A stretch of DNA of 64,000 nucleotides from IMG/VR virus record IMGVR_UViG_3300022752_000014. One strand, given 5' to 3'. The notes beneath the pieces were generated by a model that worked only from the letters and a program-made list of their open reading frames with translations, was not told where the DNA came from and searched no databases. Source of the DNA: a virus (taxonomy: Duplodnaviria > Caudoviricetes). The first letter of the stretch is position 1. The number at the start of each line of letters is the position of its first letter. The translations under genes were made by a program, and so were the position numbers. Below, piece after piece: positions 29,099 through 38,100 of this stretch.

Positions 29099-29128
29099 AA
29101 GGGGGGACGCTTAAAGTGGACCTATAGT
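29099..29128 (+). promoter_or_regulatory. G6 element copy 11 (GCTT variant)
   Basis: ATG follows immediately. Confidence 0.8.
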
Positions 29129-30179
29129 ATGAACATCAACGACCTCCTCTCCAGCATCGCTCTCACTGAAGAACTTGCGATGGAAAACTATCAACAACGC
29201 AATGGAGTTGTTGATTATCGCCTCGATGGAGTTTGTAATCACTACTTCCCCAAATATACCTGGAGTGGTCTTAATGACGGTGAAGTTTGCCTGACCTGTA
29301 AAGTTTCCAAGACTGTAAAAGGGCAGTTCCGTTATACCTTTCAAGTGGACGGTAAGCGTATCGCAGAGAAGATGATTGTCTCTGAGTTCCTTGCTCTTGG
29401 TGCGCTTCGGTAAGTTATACTTAAGTCTCACACAGTTCTTTACATTTTCCAAACACAAATGACCGTCACTTTCCAAACAAATCTGTCTGACACTGAGTAT
29501 AACGGTTGGACGAATTATGAAACCTGGAATGTTGCTCTCTGGATCAACAATGATGAGGGTTTGTATCGCCTTGCTCAAGAGTGTGGTGATTATCAAACCT
29601 TCTGTGATTACGTTGGTTCAGATGCAGTAACTGGTGATGGGGTTCGTTATAATGACCCCGCTGTAAATGTCGTCCAGATTGATAGTGACGTTTTCGACTA
29701 CTGATTCACACTTAACACTCACACTTTCGTTATCAACAATCATGCGTTACATTCCGTCTTCCCGTTATACTCTGGATGAGATCGCAGAGCAATGTCGTGC
29801 TGCTATCAATCGTCCCGCTCAGTATCACAAACCAGTGGTGATCAATGTTTATGATGAGGTGCGTAAGTTCTATCGCTACAATGACACTTCGAAGTTCTGG
29901 AGTTATGATGCACCACTGATCGCACAGTAAGGTATACAAAGGGGAATGAGATGCGCCCCTATAAAGACACTCACTCAACACACAGTTATTAACACTTAAC
30001 AACACAAAATGTCCAAGTCGATTGCACTTTCTCTGCTTGCTCAAGGTAACAACGGCAATGAGATTCTGTCCATTCTCGATGCACTCGTCGCTGATAATGT
30101 GAGTGGTTTTGATTATATCGAATCGCCCGTGATTGAGCAGGTGATTGGTGTTCCTACACTCAAGGAGATTGCGTTCTAA
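29129..30179 (+). other. last module genes (29129-29413, 29459-29704, ~29741-29930, 30009-30179)
   Basis: Co-oriented ORFs; YNGWTNYETWNVALWINNDEG in 29459; 30009 read by hand. Confidence 0.7.
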
Positions 30180-30189
30180 TGTGATGCTT

Positions 30190-30234
30190 ACTGTGTGCCC
30201 CGTGATTGACATCGTGGGGCAGCAGTGTTATACT
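30190..30234 (+). promoter_or_regulatory. sigma70 promoter with its -35 at a hairpin loop
   Basis: TTGACA 30206-30211, 17 bp, TATACT 30229-30234; stem TGCCCC-GT-GAT/ATC-GT-GGGGCA. Confidence 0.8.
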
Positions 30235-30410
30235 TGGTGATGTCGTGATTCGGCAGTTAATCCGGTGCGGTTCTTATGGCGCCGTGGCGGCGTTGTGGTT
30301 ATAATCCCCCGATGCCCCCCCGTATTAAAAAAAGCAAACTACCCTAACCTACAGAGGTGACAAATCGACCTCTAAATATCAAACACATAAAAATTTTCCG
30401 GAGGTAAAAA

Positions 30411-30866
30411 ATGGGAGTCAAATGGATTCATAAAGGTGGATATTCCCGCCCCGATAAAAGAACTGTGAGAAAAGGTGGAAAGAAGTAATCGCCCCTATTG
30501 GAACTTCTGGAAGGTTGTATTGGCGGGCTGGATGATACGCTATCCACGCCCGTTTTTTGTTGCACTAGGATTTTGTATGGTGCTGATATATAATGCAGTG
30601 ACAAAATAAAACTGAAAGAAAAAATTCCGGAGATATTTTTTATGACCGCAGTAGAAAAGGTATATCACATTTATGCAAAGGATAAGTGTTTATTTCATTC
30701 ATTAAAAGAAGATGAATTTAAAACGACTTGGAATACTTTACATCGAATGGTTGGAGTCATGAAGACTGATTATACTACTGATGATTTGAACTTTATTGAA
30801 CTCTCAGTCAGTTCTGGAGGTGGTGGGGACAAATCATATGACCCAATTGGAAGTCCATCTTACTAA
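30411..30866 (+). other. three microgenes (30411-30488 basic 25 aa; 30475-30609 membrane 44 aa; 30642-30866)
   Basis: GGAGG RBS and CTAAATA before 30411; PYWNFWKVVLAGWMIRYP read by hand. Confidence 0.6.
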
Positions 30867-30920
30867 TTGACAAAAGCATATATAGACTGATAAAATTGAC
30901 ATTGAAGGTTTATTTCTCTT

Positions 30921-31685
30921 ATGGCAAAAGGATTTACTGTTAAAGCAACTGCACCAACTCCAAAACAAGAATGGGATATTGATGCAATCAAAGAAAGAAT
31001 GCGTGGGAAGAGTATTGTATTCTGTCTTCCTGGTCGTGGGTGTTCTTTTATTTTTCTGAAGAACTTTGTACAACTGTGCTTTGATATGGTACAGAATGGA
31101 ATGAGTATTCAGATTTCACAAGATTATAGTTCAATGGTGAACTTTGCACGTTGCAAATGTTTAGGTGCAAATGTTCTTCGCGGTCCCAAGCAAGTTCCTT
31201 GGGATGGTAAACTAGAATATGATTATCAACTCTGGATTGACTCGGATATTGTCTTTGATACAAACAAGTTCTGGCAACTCTGTGATCTTTCTCTCTCAGA
31301 AGATGGAACAGAACGTGAGATTACTGCTGGTTGGTATGCCACTGAAGATGGACACACAACTTCTGTCGCACACTGGTTAGAAGAAGATGACTTCCGCAAG
31401 AATGGTGGAGTGATGAATCACGAAACCGTTGATTCAATTTCAAAGCGTAGAAAGCCTTTCACAGTGGATTACACTGGATTTGGTTGGGTCCTGATCAAAA
31501 AAGGTGTCTTTGAAAATCTGGAGTATCCCTGGTTTGCTCCAAAGATGCAAGTCTTTGAATCTGGCAATGTTCAAGATATGTGCGGTGAGGATGTTTCATT
31601 CTGTCTTGATGCAAAGGATGCGGGCTTTGAGATTTGGTGCGATCCTCGTATTCGTGTTGGGCACGAAAAGACTCGTATTATCTGA
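30921..31685 (+). CDS. GT-A fold glycosyltransferase-like protein
   Basis: LWIDSDIVF (DxD), VDYTGFGWVLI, GEDVSFC, RVGHEK; TTGACA-18-TAAAAT at 30867-30896. Confidence 0.75.
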   Translation: MAKGFTVKATAPTPKQEWDIDAIKERMRGKSIVFCLPGRGCSFIFLKNFVQLCFDMVQNGMSIQISQDYSSMVNFARCKCLGANVLRGPKQVPWDGKLEYDYQLWIDSDIVFDTNKFWQLCDLSLSEDGTEREITAGWYATEDGHTTSVAHWLEEDDFRKNGGVMNHETVDSISKRRKPFTVDYTGFGWVLIKKGVFENLEYPWFAPKMQVFESGNVQDMCGEDVSFCLDAKDAGFEIWCDPRIRVGHEKTRII

Positions 31686-31970
31686 TGAACTATAACGTAC
31701 TTTACAAAGGACGTAAAATTTATATGAATCTCACTGCAGAAGAGTGTAGTGAGATTCTTCAAGACTTCTCTGAGCGTTTTTACTCGGGTGAAGATATTAA
31801 TCCAAACGATTTAGAACTGGAGGAAATTTATGGCTAAAGGCGGAAGTAGTAAGGTTATTTTTGAACCTGGCGCTCCTAAGAAAACTCGTCAGGGACGCTC
31901 AGCTCGTACATTACTCAGTGCGACCTCTCGTAATGGTAAAAAGAAGCGTTATAGAGGGCAAGGACGATAA
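31685..31970 (+). other. two small genes (31685-31837; basic 31830-31970 ending KKKRYRGQGR)
   Basis: Coupled ORFs, read by hand. Confidence 0.65.
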
Positions 31971-31977
31971 AATGAAT

Positions 31978-32011
31978 AGAGTGCTTAAATAGAAGTAAGC
32001 ACTCTTTTTTT
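31978..32011 (+). terminator. terminator hairpin overlapping a late-promoter-like TTAAATA
   Basis: AGAGTGCTT/AAGCACTCT stem plus T-run. Confidence 0.7.
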
Positions 32012-32533
32012 ATGACTGAGAAAGAAAATCATATTTTGAATTGGATACGTGAAGTATCTAAAGTCAGAGAAGAATTAAATGGATTTGCAATTTGTCCTTT
32101 TGCTTCGAATGCAAAATATCGCATCGTAGAGTGCTCTGCAAGCGCCATAGAACCCATTGAAGATATGGATGTGATAATCTATATCATTGAGGATGAATTT
32201 AATCTTGATGAGGTTCAAAAATGGGTTGATATTTGCAACTCAAAGTATGATGAATGGAAGTTTTTTGAAGACTGTGGCACATATGACACATTCATTAATG
32301 GAATTCAAACAAACAATGGCAAATATAATTTAATTTTAGGGCAACCAACTCAAAAATTACGCAAGTTTCGGGAAAATTTAGCAAAAACATCCTATTATGA
32401 TATGTGGGATGATGACTATCTCAAAGAAATACTAGAAAATGACTATGACATCATTGAAAAACGGGATAGCAACCCCGTAAAAAGTTCTGATTTAACAAAT
32501 CAGGAGCAAAACAATGACCAAACAAGTCGATAA
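32012..32533 (+). CDS. DUF1415-like protein
   Basis: WIREVSKVREELNGFAICPFA. Confidence 0.55.
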   Translation: MTEKENHILNWIREVSKVREELNGFAICPFASNAKYRIVECSASAIEPIEDMDVIIYIIEDEFNLDEVQKWVDICNSKYDEWKFFEDCGTYDTFINGIQTNNGKYNLILGQPTQKLRKFRENLAKTSYYDMWDDDYLKEILENDYDIIEKRDSNPVKSSDLTNQEQNNDQTSR

Positions 32534-32768
32534 AGACGAAAATTTTATGAAAAATGAATGGGGAACTCAGTATTTGGCAAGTGAATATGGTTGGGAGACC
32601 AAAATAGAGAAGCAAAAGATGCTTCGTGAGATCGCAAATGACGATTTAACACCCAAAAAACACGATTTTTACCATCAAAGTGAAATTCACTCAAAAATTC
32701 GCAACGATGAGGACTATGATGACTGGGAATATGGAACGGAACCCATTTATGAGCCCAAAAATCCTTAA
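32514..32768 (+). CDS. hypothetical protein
   Basis: ORF directly upstream of gp25. Confidence 0.65.
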   Translation: MTKQVDKDENFMKNEWGTQYLASEYGWETKIEKQKMLREIANDDLTPKKHDFYHQSEIHSKIRNDEDYDDWEYGTEPIYEPKNP

Positions 32769-32794
32769 TAAATAAGGTAGAATTATCATATCTA

Positions 32795-33196
32795 ATGCCA
32801 CTCGAAAGGGTAAGTCAGGGTTTTAAAGATATTAGCATGTCATTTCAGGTTAATCCCCTGAATAGTGACCTGATTGCCCTTAAAAATGAAACTGCAATCT
32901 CTCGCTCTATTCGTAATATTGTATTTACAGTGCCTGGAGAGAAGTTTTTTAATGAAAATTTTGGATCTAGAGTTTCTCAAAGTTTATTTGAAAATGTTGA
33001 TGAGATTTCGGCATCAACTATTGAAGATGAAATACGAAATTCAATACGCAACTATGAACCAAGAGTTCAATTAGTAAGCGTGAATGTTTATCCAGATTAT
33101 GATAATAATTCTTTTGATGTAGTAATCGTCTATAACATTATTGGAGCAGACGTTCCTGCTCAACAGTTACAATTTGTATTGCAACCTACAAGGTAA
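32795..33196 (+). CDS. gp25: baseplate wedge subunit gp25
   Basis: FKDISMSF...GEKFFNENFGS...IRNYEPRV; ATAAATA 32768-32774. Confidence 0.93.
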   Translation: MPLERVSQGFKDISMSFQVNPLNSDLIALKNETAISRSIRNIVFTVPGEKFFNENFGSRVSQSLFENVDEISASTIEDEIRNSIRNYEPRVQLVSVNVYPDYDNNSFDVVIVYNIIGADVPAQQLQFVLQPTR

Positions 33197-35122
33197 ATGC
33201 CACTAGTAAACTTTACAAATCTGGACTTCGACCAGATTAAAACAACGCTTAGGGATTATCTTAAGTCAAATTCCAATTTTACTGATTATGACTTTGAGGG
33301 GTCTAATCTCTCAACGATTCTTGATGTTCTGGCATACAATACCTATATTACTTCATATAATGCAAATATGGTTGCAAATGAAGTATTCATTGATAGTGCA
33401 ACTCTAAGAGAGAATGTAGTTGCACTTGCAAGAAACATTGGATATGTACCAAGATCAAAAAAAGCATCAAGAGCAACAGTAAGTTTTTTTGTAGACTGTT
33501 CAAATATAACCCCAACACCAGTTTCACTAACGCTTAAGAAGGGTCCTGTTGCAAGCACATCAGGTACATTTAGTAATCAATCATTTGTTTTCTCAATCTT
33601 AGAAGATATTACTGTTCCAGTTTATGATAATATCGCAGAATTTAATAACATAGCAATTTATGAAGGAACTTTATTAACTTCTAACTTTACTTATACTGAT
33701 CGAAATCCAAATCAAAGATTTATATTACCAAACTCTGGAATTGACACTAGTTTAATTTCTACAATTGTAAAAAATAGTCAACAATCAACAGTTTCCGTAA
33801 AGTATAATCAACAAGATAGTCTTTTTTCAATTGATAAAGAATCTGAGATTTACTTTATACAAGAAATTGAAGATGAAAGATATGAATTAATTTTTGGTGA
33901 TAATGTCTTTGGTAAAAAACTACAAGAAGGTAATTATATTGAAGTTTCATATATTACAACCAATGGAGACTCAGCAAATGGAGTCAGTCAATTTGTATTT
34001 TCTGGTAGATTAACATACACAAGAAATTCGACTGATTATGTTGTAACTTCTGGAATATCGTTGTTGACCACTGGATTAACATCATCTGGTGGTGAAAATA
34101 TAGAATCCGTAGAGTCAATTAAAAAATATGCACCAAGAATCTATTCTTCTCAAAACAGAGCAGTCACTGCAAATGACTATGAAACTCTAATACCTGCAAA
34201 AATTTATCCAGAAACTGAATCTATATCAGTCTTTGGCGGAGAAGAATTGATTCCTCCCCAATACGGTAAAGTTTTTATCAGTATCAAACCAAGAAGTGGA
34301 GATTTTCTTTCAAATTTAGTCAAAGAAAATATCAAATTAAAACTTAAAAAATATTCTGTTGCTGGAATTGTTCCCGAAATTTTAGATCTTAAGTATCTGT
34401 ATATTGAAACCGATTCTAAAGTTTATTACAATACAAATCTTGCTCCAAGTGCATCTTACGTTTCAAGTATTGTTCAATCAAATGCAACTAAGTATTCGGA
34501 ATCAACTGAATTAAATAAGTATGGTGCCAGATTTAAGTATAGTAAGTTTTTAAAAATTATTGATGATAGTCACGAATCAGTGACTTCAAATATTACCAAG
34601 ATACAAATTAGAAGAGATCTTAGAACCTCACTGAATAGTTTTGCAGAGTATTCAATTGGATTTGGAAATGAATTCCACATTAATAGTATGAGTGGATACA
34701 ATATTAAGTCTACTGCATTCAGAGTAAGCGGAATTTCTCAAGATGTTTATCTTTCTGATGTTCCAAATACAGATAGAGTAACTGGTTCAATATTCTTCTT
34801 TAATGTTCCAAATGCCTCATCAACTACGCCAACAATTTTAAAAAGAAATGTGGGGGTAATTAACTATAAATCTGGAATTATTACCCTCAATCCAGTTATT
34901 ATTACTTCAGCAAAACAAAAAAATGGGCAACCAATAATTGAAATATCCGCCACACCAAAATCAAATGATGTGATTGGATTGCAGGATTTGTATTTGCAAC
35001 TAGATATTAGTAAGAGTAATTTTGAAATGGTCATCGATGAAATTTCTTCTGGATTAGACCCTTCAGCATCAAATTACATTGTATCATCAAGTTACACTAA
35101 CGGGAATTTAGTAAGATTATAA
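33197..35122 (+). CDS. gp6: baseplate wedge subunit gp6
   Basis: LDFDQIK...FTDYDFEGSNLS...QNRAVTANDY...PPQYGKVFISIKP. Confidence 0.95.
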   Translation: MPLVNFTNLDFDQIKTTLRDYLKSNSNFTDYDFEGSNLSTILDVLAYNTYITSYNANMVANEVFIDSATLRENVVALARNIGYVPRSKKASRATVSFFVDCSNITPTPVSLTLKKGPVASTSGTFSNQSFVFSILEDITVPVYDNIAEFNNIAIYEGTLLTSNFTYTDRNPNQRFILPNSGIDTSLISTIVKNSQQSTVSVKYNQQDSLFSIDKESEIYFIQEIEDERYELIFGDNVFGKKLQEGNYIEVSYITTNGDSANGVSQFVFSGRLTYTRNSTDYVVTSGISLLTTGLTSSGGENIESVESIKKYAPRIYSSQNRAVTANDYETLIPAKIYPETESISVFGGEELIPPQYGKVFISIKPRSGDFLSNLVKENIKLKLKKYSVAGIVPEILDLKYLYIETDSKVYYNTNLAPSASYVSSIVQSNATKYSESTELNKYGARFKYSKFLKIIDDSHESVTSNITKIQIRRDLRTSLNSFAEYSIGFGNEFHINSMSGYNIKSTAFRVSGISQDVYLSDVPNTDRVTGSIFFFNVPNASSTTPTILKRNVGVINYKSGIITLNPVIITSAKQKNGQPIIEISATPKSNDVIGLQDLYLQLDISKSNFEMVIDEISSGLDPSASNYIVSSSYTNGNLVRL

Positions 35123-35126
35123 TCAA

Positions 35127-38100
35127 ATGACAGAAAAGAGAGTTCAGTTTAGCAACATCGTTCAGAACCAACTTCCTGCGTATGTTAGGGAGGAATTTCC
35201 GTTAATCTCTGAATTTCTATCACAATATTATATTTCACAAGAGTTTCAAGGCGCTCCCGTTGATCTTATTCAAAATATAGATCAATATGTAAAGGTTGAT
35301 GAAATTGCAAATAATTCAAATTCCCTATATCTTTCAACAAGTATCAATGATATTGATACTACAATTGTTGTAGATGTTGGCAAAAATCCAGAAGGGACAC
35401 TAAACTTTCCCGACTCTTATGGACTTCTCCAAATTGGTGATGAGATTATTACATATACTGGAAAAACAACAAATTCATTTACTGGTTGTATAAGAGGGTT
35501 TAGTGGAATTACTTCATATACAACTCAAAATGCTCCTGACCAACTAACTTTTAAATCATCAAAGTCTTCTTCACACAATTCTGGGACTAAAGTTGTAAAT
35601 TTAAGTTCTTTATTCTTAAAGCAATTTTTATCAAAGATAAAATATCAACTTTCTCCAGGATTTGAAGATAGAACTTTATATTCGGGATTGGATCAATCAA
35701 TCTTTTTAAAACAGATTAAAGATTTTTATCAAAGTAAAGGAACTGACGAATCTTTTATTATTTTGTTTAAAGTTTTATATGGAAAAGACGTTAAAATTAT
35801 AAAACCAAAAGAAAATCTGTTTAGACCCTCTGATGCTCAATATAGATTAACTAATGATGTAGTAGTAGAAAGCATTTCTGGAGATCCATCAGATTTAATC
35901 AACCAGACATTACAACAAAATGCATATGGAAATATATCATATGCTCGCAGTCCAATAACTTATATTGAAAAAATAGTTTCTGGTGTTGGTAATACCTATT
36001 ATAAACTAAGTTTAGACTCTGGATACAACAGGGATATTATCGCTAATGGCGCAACCGTAGGAAAATTCACAGTTCATCCACAAACAAAAATAATTGGACC
36101 AGTATCTACTGGGGTTACTGTTTTTGATGTAGATTCTACTGTTGGATTTTCTTCAAGTGGAGAACTCCTAGTAAAATATGGAGATGATAGCACAGGAATA
36201 GTTACATATACTTCAAAAACTTTAACTCAGTTTTTTGGTTGCTCTGGAGTTTCTAAAACTATCCTTGATGGAGCAGCAATTGGTATTAATACATATGCAA
36301 GCGCGTATAAACCAAATGGTTCTCTTGTAAAACTAAGAGTAACCTCTGTTTTAAATTCTACCGAAATCATTGGAGATACTCGTTATCATTCAAAAGATGA
36401 TACTTCCATAATCAGAACTTTAGGTGTTAAGATCGAAGACACCCCTTCAAAAAATTGGTTTTTTAATATTCCAGTTTCATATAAGGTGAAGTCTATTTTT
36501 TCTCTTGGCACAAATGATACTTACAATATAACAACAGATAAAAAGAATGTTTTAAAAATTGGCGATAAAGTTGATGTTATTTCAAGTTCCGGAGTTAAAA
36601 AAACTTCAACTGTCATTGACTTAATCTCTGATACTACATTCACAATAAAGGGTCAAGGATCACTTTCCTTATCTGATACTTATACTATTAAAAAAATAAT
36701 ACTTAAGGTAAATTCCTCTTTTTTCCCAGGTGCATCTACTTTAAATTCAAATGTACAGAATGTATACAAATTAAATCAAAAAACTTTAGTCTCTTCACCA
36801 TCAATTCCCAGTTATTATAATCAATCTTTAAATGCTACTAATAGATTGGTAACAATCTCCGGATCATTCTCAGGCGATACCTTTACCATCACACCAAACT
36901 CAGATCACGGATTTTATACAGGAGATTCTGTTTATTATACTCCTGCTTCTCCCACAAACTCTTTATTTGATGAAGGGATATATTTTATTAAGAGAGTAGA
37001 TTCAAATAAAATTAAACTAGCAAAAAGTAGATCAAATATTTTTAATAATATATTTGTTTCAATTTCTAGTGCAACAACAGTAACTAGTGATAAAATTGAA
37101 CTATATGATTTAAAATCAAAAACTCTTGGTTCTCAAAAAATCCTTAGAGAAATAGATACTCCTATTGAAGATGGAAATGTATATGAAACAAATCCAGGAT
37201 TTACTGGAATTTTAATTAATGGTGTAGAAGTTTTAAATTATAAAGCAAGCGAATCAATTAATTATGGAAAACTAGAAAGAGTAAACGTAATTGCTCCTGG
37301 TTCAAATTATGATATTATTAATCCACCAGTTTTAAGTATATCAGATTCTGTAGGTAGTGGTGCAACTGGTTTTTGTGCAATTAAGGGTTCTCTTCAAGAG
37401 ATTAGAATTATTGATCCTGGATTTGATTACCTAGACACTCCAATAATTAAAATTACTGGTGGCAATGGTGTTGGCGCAAAAGCATATGCCAATATGAAAT
37501 TGATTAGTCATGAATCTGTATTTAATTCGCAAGGAAATGCAGCACTTATTGATATTGGCAGTGCAACATCAACTATTGGATTTACGACATACCATAAATT
37601 TAGAAATGGCGAAAGAGTCATTTATAAAACAGACAGTCAAAGAGGAGTTGGTGGATTATCAACAGATTCATCATACTTTGTTTCAGTAAAAGATAATTTT
37701 ACAGTTAAATTACACAACACTTTGAATGATGCAATATCTGGAATTAATACCGTAGTTTTATCATCGTATGGTATAGGAAATCATAAGTTACAATCATATA
37801 ACCAAAAATCCGTTCTTAAATCAATTAACATTGAGAATCCAGGGTTTGGTTATGAAAATAAAAAAAGAACAACTACACATTTGGGAATTAATACTTCACT
37901 ATCTCAAATTGAAATTGAATCGCATAATTATGAATCAGGAGAAACTATAGTTTATACTACAGATTTTACTCCTATTGGTGGTCTTTCAACAAACACCAAC
38001 TACATCGTAACCAAAGTCAATGACAATGAATTCAAGTTATCTACCGTTGGTGTAGGTAGCACTGATTATGATTTTTACTACAAAACTAAACAGTATGTTG

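Larger units (their letters stand above)
16563..29128 (+). repeat. dispersed array of 11 copies of the 30-bp intergenic element AAGGGGGGACGCCCAAAGTGGACCTATAGT
   Basis: Copies at 16563, 18691, 19711, 21774, 23596, 24515, 25282, 26332, 26944, 27700, 29099. Seven are identical; four differ at 1-2 positions. Confidence 0.97.

Noticed and set aside
16563-29128. G6 repeats read as a CRISPR array
   Set aside because: Intervals are 0.6-2.1 kb and full of intact genes; no fixed-length spacers and no cas genes.
16563-29128. G6 repeats read as classical integron attC sites or IS ends
   Set aside because: No RYYYAAC/GTTRRRY inverted cores, no long palindrome, no terminal inverted repeats or target duplications, and no integrase or transposase in the window.
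30523-30558. GCGGGC...GCCCGT hairpin with T-run as a terminator
   Set aside because: It lies inside the 30475-30609 reading frame, where the T-run encodes Phe-Phe; function is not supportable.
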